11,186 nucleotides of DNA from Candidatus Cloacimonadota bacterium. Its GTDB lineage: Bacteria > Cloacimonadota > Cloacimonadia > Cloacimonadales > WRIO01. The notes under the pieces are model-generated. The model was given only the letters and a program-made list of their open reading frames with translations. It was not told where the DNA came from and did no database searches. A program made the translations under genes and the position numbers. Each line of letters opens with the position of its first letter. Within the stretch, counting starts at the first letter, position 1. Below, piece after piece: positions 1-8,093 of the stretch. The stretch spans positions 1 through 11,186 of the forward strand of contig JAKQQL010000140.1 in assembly GCA_029564175.1 (NCBI GenBank), read 5' to 3'.

Positions 1-571
1 TGAAGGCGAAAAACTTTTTGATCACAGTGCATTTTGGAAACATTCAATTTACACTGCCCATCTTTCCCGATGGTTATCCAGAAAGCTAGGGATTCCATTT
101 CATGGAGAAGAGTTTACTGCCGGTTTAATCCATGATATTGGGAAGATCATACTTGATCAGTATTTTCATCCTGAATTTGTCAATATTCGTAAATATATGG
201 AACTTTTCCCTCAGGATCAGGAATATGAAATTGAACAAAAAGTACTCGGCGCAACTCATATGGAGTTAGGTTATTGGCTGGCTGATCGTTGGAAAATTCC
301 TGGTCATATTCAGGCGGCTATTTTGTATCATCATAGACCGGAAAAATCACAAGACAATGTTGAATTATGCTGTCTTGTTAATATTGTCAATACGATCTCA
401 AATTTCTATGTCAATCCAGTCAGACATGAACGAATTTACAAGGAAATTCCATCATCCTTCGCCTGGAATCGCTTAAACAAAGTAAAAAAAATAGATTTTA
501 ATACGATTAATGACGAAGTTAATGAAGAAATAGAAAAGGCAAATGCATTTGTTGATCAGATGCTACAGTAA
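1..571 (+). CDS. HDOD (HD-like output) domain protein, 5'-partial
   Basis: The frame of the 197..571 ORF is open back to position 2 and reads EGEKLFDHSAFWKHSIYTAHLSRWLSRKLGIPFHGEEFTAGLIHDIGKIILDQYF. FWxHS, AGLxHDIGK, HxELGYWLAxxWxIP and AILYHH are HDOD hallmarks. The true start lies upstream of the window. Confidence 0.9.
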   Translation, partial: EGEKLFDHSAFWKHSIYTAHLSRWLSRKLGIPFHGEEFTAGLIHDIGKIILDQYFHPEFVNIRKYMELFPQDQEYEIEQKVLGATHMELGYWLADRWKIPGHIQAAILYHHRPEKSQDNVELCCLVNIVNTISNFYVNPVRHERIYKEIPSSFAWNRLNKVKKIDFNTINDEVNEEIEKANAFVDQMLQ

Positions 572-577
572 AAAATT

Positions 578-1540
578 ATGAAATACAAACATCTGTTTGG
601 GCCAGTTCTGTCCAGAAGACTGGGATTGTCTCTCGGAATTGATTTGATTCCTTATAAAGTGTGTTCTCTGGATTGTGTTTATTGCGAAGTAGGCAGAACA
701 AATCATTTAACCCTCGACAGAAGTAACTACATCCCCATCAATGAAATCCTGAAAGAGCTGGATGACTATTTAGCCAGCCAGCCAAAATTAAATTACATTA
801 CATTTTCAGGTGCCGGTGAACCGACATTACACGCTGAAATTGAAAAAGTGATTCAATATATCAAATCACACTATCCTAAATATCCTTTAGCCTTAATCAC
901 AAACAGTACTTTACTCTCCGATAAAAATATCAGAAATGATGTCAAAGAGGTTGATTTAATTTTACCTTCTCTGGATGCTGTGAGTGAACCTATTTTTGAT
1001 AAAATCAACCGTCATCATCCAGATTTAAAAGCAGCTGAATTGGTTAATGGATTGATTGAATTCAGAAAAATTTTTAAAGGAAAGATATTCCTGGAGATAT
1101 TTATCATCGAAGGATTGAATGATACAGAAGCCGAACTAAGCCTGCTCAAAGAAGCCTGCAGAAAAATTCAGCCAGATAAAATTCAGTTAAACACCCTAGA
1201 CAGACCTGGGACAGAAGAATGGGTAACGGCCAGTAGCAAAGAAAATCTATTACGTATCAAGGCATTATTTGAGCCATTACCTGTGGAGATTATTGCCAAA
1301 ATCAGTATATCAAAAGACGCTCCTGTTCATGTTTATACTCAGATTGATGACATAACAGAACTAATCAAAAGACGTCCATGTACTCTAAAGGAGATTATGA
1401 GTGTTATGGATCTTCATGTCAATACCGTTATCAAATACTTGCGCTATTTAACCGAACAGGGAATTATTTGTGAAAAAAAAGAAGACAGGGGAATTTTTTA
1501 CAAAATTAATACAGAGAAAAATGATGAGGAGAAAAAATGA
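578..1540 (+). CDS. Radical SAM protein (COG0731/TYW1-like Fe-S oxidoreductase) with C-terminal winged-helix-like region
   Basis: CxxxCxxC motif CSLDCVYC; family-typical N-terminus FGPVLSRRLGLSLGIDL; FSGAGEPTL; LITNSTL; QLNTLDRP; C-terminal RRPCTLKEI...VIKYLRYLTEQGII. Confidence 0.9.
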   Translation: MKYKHLFGPVLSRRLGLSLGIDLIPYKVCSLDCVYCEVGRTNHLTLDRSNYIPINEILKELDDYLASQPKLNYITFSGAGEPTLHAEIEKVIQYIKSHYPKYPLALITNSTLLSDKNIRNDVKEVDLILPSLDAVSEPIFDKINRHHPDLKAAELVNGLIEFRKIFKGKIFLEIFIIEGLNDTEAELSLLKEACRKIQPDKIQLNTLDRPGTEEWVTASSKENLLRIKALFEPLPVEIIAKISISKDAPVHVYTQIDDITELIKRRPCTLKEIMSVMDLHVNTVIKYLRYLTEQGIICEKKEDRGIFYKINTEKNDEEKK

Positions 1541-2976
1541 GAGTAATCAGATTAATCAGTATGACATTAATCCTATGCTTAAGTCTGGGATTTCTGTATG
1601 CACAAGACAATGAAGACAAGATGGGTGGCAGTGTCATTATTGGTGCCACAACTATCAACAACACAAATTATCAGCAAATTGGACTTCGTGCTGACTTACC
1701 AATCTGGAAACTGGGATTTGGGTTAGATATTCAACTGTACATTGACGATCAGGGCAATATTCGCGAAGAAGACTGGGATGAATTTGAAGATTACCTTGAT
1801 AAAGTTTATTATATCCGTTGGGCAAAAAAAGGAGATCCTTTTTACTTAAAAGTGGGTGGTCTGGAAAATGCCAGCTTAGGATATGGCATTATATTAAATA
1901 ACTACTCCAATATGGTTCAATATCCAACTTATAAACGTATTGGTATGGAAACATCCATGAAGATTGGTCCGGTAGGCACTGAACTTTTCATCAATAACTT
2001 TAAAGAAGCCTTTGCGGATAAACCGGGAATGGTTTTGGGTGCAAGAGCAAGCTACGATTTACCCGTATTTAAATTAGTAGCAGGGGCATCATTTGCATCT
2101 GATTTTAATGAATATAATGGACTTTTTGATACTGACGGAGATGGATATCCTGATGCCATTGATGCTTATCCAAATGACAAAAAATTTGTAACCCAAAGAG
2201 ATAAATGGGCTCTTGATCTTCAGGGACTACCAAATACCAATGAGATTATAGATACTTTAGTAGCCAGAGGAGTGATTGACTCAACTCAAACTCAATACTT
2301 ACCAAAATATAAAGAAATGACTTCTACGGTCTCTATCGTAGGTGTTGATCTTGGTTTACCACTGATTTCAACTGACATGATGAAATTAGATATCTATGCT
2401 CAGGCTGCACAAATCATTGATTATGGTTTTGGTTTTGCATTTCCTGGTGTAAAATTCAACCTTGGTCCAGTTTCTGCCTATGCAGAGTTCAGACATGCCG
2501 GTGAAGAATTCCTCTTCGGTTATTTTAATAATACCTATGAAATTGAAAGAGCTCGTACATTCGGCAAACAGGTTATTACTAAAAAACAATTTTTAGAGAG
2601 TGTTGAAGCAATGGATGGTTTTTATGCAGGTTTAGGTATTGATATGTTCAAATGGGCTTATCTAAATATCGGTTATCAGGATTTAAAGGGTGATAACATG
2701 AACGCTAAAACTTTAAACGGCGATTTGAATATCACAAAAGTACCTAAGTTATCTACTGCAAAAGCATATTATTCTCAGGATAACGTAGATGATTTAAGCG
2801 AATGGAAAACACCAAGCACAATCATGGGTTATGTTTTAGGTTATGAAATTTCTTCAGGTGTCTCTATGAATTTTGATTATCGTTATACATTTGAAGATAA
2901 AGATGGTAACGGCAAAATTCAAGGTGATGACGAGACAAATAAATCTATCAGCATCTATACTGCGATTAAATTCTAA
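1537..2976 (+). CDS. Secreted outer-membrane beta-barrel-like protein of unknown function with DxDGDG calcium-binding-type loops
   Basis: Sec signal peptide ([24 protein letters not shown]); many amphipathic beta-strand segments; terminal Phe ([10 protein letters not shown]); [17 protein letters not shown] and DKDGNG motifs. ATGA overlap with the upstream gene. Confidence 0.7.
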   Translation: MRVIRLISMTLILCLSLGFLYAQDNEDKMGGSVIIGATTINNTNYQQIGLRADLPIWKLGFGLDIQLYIDDQGNIREEDWDEFEDYLDKVYYIRWAKKGDPFYLKVGGLENASLGYGIILNNYSNMVQYPTYKRIGMETSMKIGPVGTELFINNFKEAFADKPGMVLGARASYDLPVFKLVAGASFASDFNEYNGLFDTDGDGYPDAIDAYPNDKKFVTQRDKWALDLQGLPNTNEIIDTLVARGVIDSTQTQYLPKYKEMTSTVSIVGVDLGLPLISTDMMKLDIYAQAAQIIDYGFGFAFPGVKFNLGPVSAYAEFRHAGEEFLFGYFNNTYEIERARTFGKQVITKKQFLESVEAMDGFYAGLGIDMFKWAYLNIGYQDLKGDNMNAKTLNGDLNITKVPKLSTAKAYYSQDNVDDLSEWKTPSTIMGYVLGYEISSGVSMNFDYRYTFEDKDGNGKIQGDDETNKSISIYTAIKF

Positions 2977-4100
2977 TGATAACTTATAATACATACTTTG
3001 ATAACGGAGCAACCAGTTTCCCCAAGCCAAAAGAGCTTGGGGATGCGATGCTCAATTATATCAACCATATTGGCCGTAATTATGGAAGAACTTACGGTGA
3101 TATCAATATCAAAGTAGCTAAAACAGTTTTTGAAACTCGTCAGTTACTTGCTGATATTTTTCATGTTGCAAAAAGTGATCATCTGTTTTTTTCATTTAAT
3201 GCAACCATAGCAATCAATACGATTTTAAATGGATTCCTCAAAGAAGGTGATCATATCCTTATATCTCCTCTTGAACATCACGCAGTTACACGTTGTCTTC
3301 ATCATCTGATTGAAACAAAAGGAATTCAGGTAGAGATTTTAAAAGCTTTTGAAGATGGCACCTTAGATTTGCAAGAGATATCAAATCAAATCAGAGAAGA
3401 AACCAAACTTGTTGTAATCAATCATCAAAGTAATGTCAATGGTCTTATTCAGGATATTCAGGCATTCAGGAATCAATTTCCTGAAGTAAAGATTATGCTG
3501 GATACGGCTCAGTCTGCTGGACAAAATCCAATTTTTGGAGATGAATGGAATATCGATTTTCTTGCCTTTACAGGACACAAAAGTCTTTATGGACCTATGG
3601 GTATTGGTGGTTTTTATGCTAAAAATCCGGAGTCTCTTGACCCATTGATATACGGAGGAACAGGTAGTCTTTCTTCAATGTATGAAATGCCAGAAATCTT
3701 CCCAGATCGTTTTGAAGCTGGTACTCAGAATATGGCAGGAATCTTTGGTCTCAATGCAAGTTTAAAAAACCACACACCTAAAAAATTTACAGACAAGCGT
3801 TTCCATGAACTTGTAAATCAACTGTCTGATGACTCCAGATTTAAAATACTCAAAGCAGTTAATCCAGAAAAACAAGGTTATCTGTTCTCTCTGGTTCATC
3901 ATCAAACAGATCATGTTCAGCTGGCTCAACAATTGTTTGACGATTATCAGATTGAATGCAGAGTTGGATTATTCTGTGCCCCATTAGCGCACCAGTTCTT
4001 GGGAACAGAAAAAACAGGGGCTATACGTTTTTCTTTGTCCCACTTTCATCATGATTCTGATATAGATTATCTCTATAACGCAATTCAAAAGGTATTCTAA
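2976..4100 (+). CDS. Aminotransferase class V PLP enzyme, cysteine desulfurase/selenocysteine lyase-like (group II, EF2568-type)
   Basis: [28 protein letters not shown] lysine in [22 protein letters not shown], and catalytic Cys in [16 protein letters not shown] 1-bp overlap with the upstream gene. Confidence 0.88.
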   Translation: MITYNTYFDNGATSFPKPKELGDAMLNYINHIGRNYGRTYGDINIKVAKTVFETRQLLADIFHVAKSDHLFFSFNATIAINTILNGFLKEGDHILISPLEHHAVTRCLHHLIETKGIQVEILKAFEDGTLDLQEISNQIREETKLVVINHQSNVNGLIQDIQAFRNQFPEVKIMLDTAQSAGQNPIFGDEWNIDFLAFTGHKSLYGPMGIGGFYAKNPESLDPLIYGGTGSLSSMYEMPEIFPDRFEAGTQNMAGIFGLNASLKNHTPKKFTDKRFHELVNQLSDDSRFKILKAVNPEKQGYLFSLVHHQTDHVQLAQQLFDDYQIECRVGLFCAPLAHQFLGTEKTGAIRFSLSHFHHDSDIDYLYNAIQKVF

Positions 4101-5344
4101 GTTTTAAGTTTCTTTTTTTCTGCAGCCGGAAACAGAACATTATTTAAGATTAATCTGTAACCGGCTGAATTTTTATGTAAGTCTAAAACAGTCTCTGGAT
4201 CTCCAATTTTATGCTGATAATCTTCTGGATCATGCCCACCATAAAAAGTAAAAGTCCCCTTCCCTATGTTTCCATGAATATACTTTGCTTCATCTGAGCC
4301 AGGTGTTTCGCCTAGTATAATCACACTATTTTTCAGAAAGGTTTTTCTGAAAGAAGTAGTTTGACCCAGAAATCCATTGATTGCATTGGTATGATTCTGA
4401 ATCAACATTGTTGGCACTGGATCATATTTAGCAGAGAAATCAAAAAGTTGAAAATAATCTCCGTCAGCTCCTCTTAACTGTGCGTAGTCACTTGCATCAA
4501 TTGTCGAAAACTCATAGACATAAGGATTAGTGATGATATCAAAATTTTCAAAAGCAAAAGTTCTTGAGAAATCAATTTTTCTTTTGTACTGAGGATCAAT
4601 ACCATCCCCATCAAAAGCGGTTTCACATATATCTGTCATATAGCAGGCAAGCGCAATATCAATCGTATCTGTTGCTCCACACATGGCAAATAGAAACCCA
4701 CCATTTATCACAAATTCTCTAATTTTATCTGCAACCTGATGTTTTAGCTGCCAAACTTTTGAATAGCCTAAACGCTGAGCCATTTGCTCATTATATTTCA
4801 CTTCATTGATATACCAGGGTGCATTTCTATATGAACCATAAAACTTCCCATACTGACCAGTAAAATCTTCATGGTGTAAATGCAACCAGTCGTAATCAAC
4901 CAGCTTCCCATTTATAACTTCTTCATCCCATACTTTATCATAATCAATCTCAGCATAAGTTAACGCAAGCGTAACAGCATCATCCCAGGGATTTGTATTA
5001 GGAGGTGTATAAACAGCAATTTTCGGTTCTTTTTCGAGCGTAACAACTTCCATATTATTCGCATTTATCTCGTCATTTATCAGGGCAATATCAGAACCAG
5101 AAATAATTTCAAAACTCACCCCACGAATGTTACAGTCGTTTCTAAACTCCTGAGTATCATTCATGATGAGAGCACCACCACGGTAATTTAACAGCCATTT
5201 TACTTTCTGTCCTTCTTTTACAGATTTAAATGCAATTCCATAGGCTTTCAGATGATTTGTTTGAGTCATATCCATTGGTATAAGCAATTCTCCAAACAAT
5301 TGAGTTAAACAAGTGATGAAGATAATGATGAAAAGTTTTCTCAT
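4097..5344 (-). CDS. Conserved secreted protein with class I glutamine amidotransferase-like features (family often auto-labelled 'asparagine synthetase B')
   Basis: Signal peptide [18 protein letters not shown]; conserved-looking blocks LIPMDxxQx[22 protein letters not shown] and [28 protein letters not shown] (nucleophile-elbow-like Cys) and GGHDPE. RBS AGGAG at 5357-5353. The family label is recalled, not searched. Confidence 0.7.
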   Translation of the reverse strand: MRKLFIIIFITCLTQLFGELLIPMDMTQTNHLKAYGIAFKSVKEGQKVKWLLNYRGGALIMNDTQEFRNDCNIRGVSFEIISGSDIALINDEINANNMEVVTLEKEPKIAVYTPPNTNPWDDAVTLALTYAEIDYDKVWDEEVINGKLVDYDWLHLHHEDFTGQYGKFYGSYRNAPWYINEVKYNEQMAQRLGYSKVWQLKHQVADKIREFVINGGFLFAMCGATDTIDIALACYMTDICETAFDGDGIDPQYKRKIDFSRTFAFENFDIITNPYVYEFSTIDASDYAQLRGADGDYFQLFDFSAKYDPVPTMLIQNHTNAINGFLGQTTSFRKTFLKNSVIILGETPGSDEAKYIHGNIGKGTFTFYGGHDPEDYQHKIGDPETVLDLHKNSAGYRLILNNVLFPAAEKKKLKT

Positions 5345-5390
5345 TTATATGTCTCCTGTTTTATGTTTTTATCCAGATTGATTAATATCA

Positions 5391-6605
5391 TTAAATAAAC
5401 TCCAAAATTATCTCATTCATCAACAGATAATGTTCTCTTTTAATACAAAGGGATTGATCTGTAACATGAATGAGATCAGCCTTTACTAATTTTTTAATCT
5501 GCTTCTGATAAACTATCGAGAAATCCTTTAAAAAATTTTCCTGGTATTCCTTCAGTTGTATGCCATCTTTCAATCTCAAGCGAGTAATAATAAACTCTTT
5601 CTCTGCTTCTTCCTGATTAATCATCTCTACCTGTTCAAAATCCTGATGTACGTTAATAAGCCATTTGTCTTTATATTTTTTTAAATCTGCAGAGTTCGTA
5701 TAACGTAAATATTTCATGTCTCTGTTACACGCTTTTAAGTATCCCGAAGCTGAAGGACCGGCAGCAAGATATGTTTTACCCTGCCAATAAGCCATATTAT
5801 GTCTGGAATGAAATCCTTCAAGTGCAAAATTTGATATTTCATAAGGCAAATACTGTTGATTTTCTAAGATTTTCTGTGCTGAATAATATTGTTCACATAC
5901 TTCATCTTCATTTGGTAGCTTCTTCAAATCACGATACAAGGGAACCTCTTCATCAAGGCTTAATCCATAAAATGAAATATGAGGCACCTGATATTCAACA
6001 CATTTATTGATATCAGAGAGGAACATCGCTTTACTCTGATCTGGTATCCCATAAATTAAATCAACTGAAAAATTTTTAAAACCAGCTCTCTTTACTGATT
6101 TTATCGCGTTTTCAGCAATATCAGAGTCATGAATTCGTCCTAAATACTGAAGTATTTGATTGTTAAATGACTGAACACCCATACTGATCCGGTTAATTCC
6201 TGAATGTTTTAATCTTGCGAGTTTCTCATCATTAATCGTGTTTGGATTACATTCAAGCGTAATTTCTATTTCATCACTTTTCGGGATATTATCAAACAGA
6301 AGCTCTGTGGTATGAACTCCTGATTTTTTTAAGATGACATTTAAAATAGTACTCATTTGCTCTGGTGTTAGTAATGAAGGGGTTCCTCCACCAAAGTACA
6401 CTGTTTTTAATTGAAAATCAAATAGTTGCTGATAATATCTGATTTCACGTTCCAGTGCCAGCAAATAATATTTTATCTCTTCATTATTCTCTGAAATTTG
6501 AGTTGATTCTGAATAAAAAGAGCAATACTGGCATTTATTCAGACAGAATGGAACATGTATATATAAGTGTTCTATTACTTGATGAGTTTGAACGAGCGAT
6601 TCCAT
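5391..6605 (-). CDS. hemW: Radical SAM family heme chaperone HemW (HemN-like)
   Basis: LYIHVPFCLNKCQYCSF, YFGGGTPS, LECNP, RISMGVQSF, DLIYGIP, YEISNFA and the HemW-type HNxxYW motif (RHNMAYW). The start overlaps the lepB 3' end by 31 nt, so the exact start is less certain. Confidence 0.88.
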   Translation of the reverse strand: MESLVQTHQVIEHLYIHVPFCLNKCQYCSFYSESTQISENNEEIKYYLLALEREIRYYQQLFDFQLKTVYFGGGTPSLLTPEQMSTILNVILKKSGVHTTELLFDNIPKSDEIEITLECNPNTINDEKLARLKHSGINRISMGVQSFNNQILQYLGRIHDSDIAENAIKSVKRAGFKNFSVDLIYGIPDQSKAMFLSDINKCVEYQVPHISFYGLSLDEEVPLYRDLKKLPNEDEVCEQYYSAQKILENQQYLPYEISNFALEGFHSRHNMAYWQGKTYLAAGPSASGYLKACNRDMKYLRYTNSADLKKYKDKWLINVHQDFEQVEMINQEEAEKEFIITRLRLKDGIQLKEYQENFLKDFSIVYQKQIKKLVKADLIHVTDQSLCIKREHYLLMNEIILEFI

Positions 6606-7309
6606 CTGGTTTCACCATCTTCTGATCTTGAAAAGAAGATTAGTAACGGTGTACCTGTTATATCTTTTCTGTCAAGAAATCCCCAATATCGGCTATCAGC
6701 ACTTAGGTCCCGATTATCCCCTAAAACAAAATATTTACCCTGAGGAACAACGATTGGTCCAAAATTATCTCTTGAGCCCATAACAATCCCTTTTTGATCC
6801 TTACTCATTATTGGGTCCCACTGAATATGGGCATAATCACGAGGTATCACTCTGTAATCCATATATTGTTCATAATTTTTCTTGAAGAGTTCACCATTAA
6901 TATATATATCTTTATCACGAACTTCTACTGTATCACCTGGCATACCGATCACTCGTTTTACTACATTCTTTTTTTCATACCAGGTTAGAAAATGTTTCTC
7001 TTTGTCCCAGTAAACAGGAGGCAATATCTTAACAAATTGTTCACGTGGTTCTGGTTCTAGAGGATCTGCAGGATATCTGAATGTAACAATATCTTCTCTT
7101 TTTGGGTCTGTAAAGAAATATTTCATTTTATTTGCAACCAGATAATCCCCGATGAGCAGTGTAGATTCCATTGAAGATGAAGGAATTTTAAAATTCTGAA
7201 AGGTATAATTTCGAATAATCATTGCGACTACAAAAGCCCATAAAATAGCTTCAACCCAGTCTTGAATACTATTTTTTCTAATTTTTACGATTTTATTTTC
7301 ATTTTTCAT
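6575..7309 (-). CDS. lepB: Signal peptidase I
   Basis: N-terminal TM helix; catalytic Ser box IPSSSMESTL; catalytic Lys in VKRVIGMPGD; box E LGDNRDLSADSRYWG. RBS GGAG at 7318-7315. Confidence 0.95.
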   Translation of the reverse strand: MKNENKIVKIRKNSIQDWVEAILWAFVVAMIIRNYTFQNFKIPSSSMESTLLIGDYLVANKMKYFFTDPKREDIVTFRYPADPLEPEPREQFVKILPPVYWDKEKHFLTWYEKKNVVKRVIGMPGDTVEVRDKDIYINGELFKKNYEQYMDYRVIPRDYAHIQWDPIMSKDQKGIVMGSRDNFGPIVVPQGKYFVLGDNRDLSADSRYWGFLDRKDITGTPLLIFFSRSEDGETRWNRSFKLIK

Positions 7310-7522
7310 ATATACTCCATATTTTATAACTGAGATTTTATATAATCTTACGAAATTTCATCAGTCTATTTGTGTCAAGTGAAAGTTTTGTTGATCTGCT
7401 CTGTGAGTATCTTTAGACAAACGCTGGTCTATTCTTAAGACGGCAAGTTTACAATTATCTTGAAATGCTTATTGAAAATGAAAGCATGATAAGACTTTTT
7501 ATCATCTTTAGACACTTTTTAC

Positions 7523-7572
7523 TTGACATATTCTGCAATCTGTGCAAATATTGACATAGATATTGTGGAGGA
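7523..7572 (+). promoter_or_regulatory. Putative promoter and RBS for the 93-aa gene
   Basis: Perfect TTGACA at 7523-7528, with a non-consensus AAATAT 17 bp later. A second TTGACA lies at 7551-7556. RBS GGAGGA at 7567-7572. Confidence 0.4.
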
Positions 7573-7575
7573 TTT

Positions 7576-7857
7576 ATGAATATGAATTTATTGAAACTTG
7601 TACCGGTAGTGAGCACTTTCTTAAGTAATTGGATGAAATCCAAAGAACATGATAATCGAATTAAACACCATGATAAAACTGAAGAGAAAATAGATGTGAT
7701 TGAAAATCTGATTGTCAGACTGGAAAGAAAACTGAAAGATACACGGACAGAGCTTGATGAACTTCAAAGACAAATACTAATCAACAGAACCATTAACCTG
7801 ATTCTCAGCATTATTATCATGGTTGGAATGATACTGATATACACCAGAATGATTTAA
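7576..7857 (+). CDS. Small coiled-coil protein with C-terminal transmembrane helix (hypothetical)
   Basis: Strong RBS; heptad-rich middle (IDVIENLIVRLERKLKDTRTELDELQRQI); hydrophobic C-terminus (INLILSIIIMVGMILIY); terminator immediately downstream. The start could instead be the ATG at 7582. Confidence 0.75.
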   Translation: MNMNLLKLVPVVSTFLSNWMKSKEHDNRIKHHDKTEEKIDVIENLIVRLERKLKDTRTELDELQRQILINRTINLILSIIIMVGMILIYTRMI

Positions 7858-7872
7858 TTTATTTTTTATCAT

Positions 7873-7912
7873 AAGCTGTAAAATAATTTTTACAGCTTTT
7901 TGTATTTTTTTT
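7873..7912 (+). terminator. Rho-independent terminator
   Basis: AAGCTGTAAAA (7873-7883), TAAT loop, TTTTACAGCTT (7888-7898), followed by a T-rich tract, 15 nt after the 7857 stop. Confidence 0.75.
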
Positions 7913-7918
7913 GGATTC

Positions 7919-7962
7919 TTCCCTTATTGTTTCCTTATCCTTTCCTTATTGTTTCCTTATCA
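7919..7962. repeat. Tandem repeat, 4 x 11 bp (2 x 22 bp), consensus TTTCCTTATYN
   Basis: TTCCCTTATTG (7919), TTTCCTTATCC (7930), TTTCCTTATTG (7941), TTTCCTTATCA (7952). The CCTTAT core recurs every 11 bp. Confidence 0.9.
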
Positions 7963-8053
7963 CTTCTTTTACTTCTATAAATTACATATTATTCTGTAAT
8001 CAAATGAACAAATTCACTTTTTTTGTTTCTTTGAACATTTTTTTACTTTTTTC

Positions 8054-8081
8054 TTGCTTTTTTTTCAAAGTGCTTTATACT
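8054..8081 (+). promoter_or_regulatory. Putative sigma70 promoter of the PDO-trxB operon
   Basis: TTGCTT (8054-8059), 16-bp spacer, TATACT (8076-8081), with an AT-rich upstream region. RBS AGGAG at 8143-8147. Confidence 0.5.
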
Positions 8082-8093
8082 ATAAATAAAGTC

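Noticed and set aside
197..571. 124-aa ORF starting at ATG 197
   Set aside because: This is an internal Met. The frame is open from the window start and the core HDOD motifs lie upstream of 197.
2386..2589. 67-aa minus-strand ORF
   Set aside because: Antisense shadow inside the beta-barrel gene, with no motif.
3381..3578. 65-aa minus-strand ORF
   Set aside because: Antisense to the conserved desulfurase core, with no supporting signals.
4097..5344. Calling this gene asnB or a lipoprotein
   Set aside because: It has no N-terminal Ntn Cys or synthetase domain, and FITC at residue 12 is not a canonical lipobox.
5771..6010. 79-aa plus-strand ORF
   Set aside because: Antisense within hemW, with no recognisable features.
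5391..6605. Calling this gene hemN (coproporphyrinogen dehydrogenase)
   Set aside because: The HNxxYW motif and the short N-terminus before YIHVPFC fit HemW rather than true HemN.
6794..6988. 64-aa plus-strand ORF
   Set aside because: Antisense within lepB. Its hydrophobicity reflects AT-rich antisense codons.
7345..7378. Minus-strand TTGACA (7378-7373) as the lepB promoter
   Set aside because: There is no acceptable -10 hexamer at 16-18 bp spacing, so it was not called.
7455..7643. 62-aa minus-strand ORF
   Set aside because: It overlaps the better-supported 93-aa gene and its promoter region.
7919..7962. CRISPR array
   Set aside because: The units are 11 bp and contiguous with no spacers, and there are no cas genes in the window.
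8002..8019. Rex operator-like AAATGAA-CAAA-TTCACTT
   Set aside because: Only 9 of 14 positions match TTGTGAA-N4-TTCACAA and the site does not overlap the predicted promoter. Too weak in AT-rich DNA.
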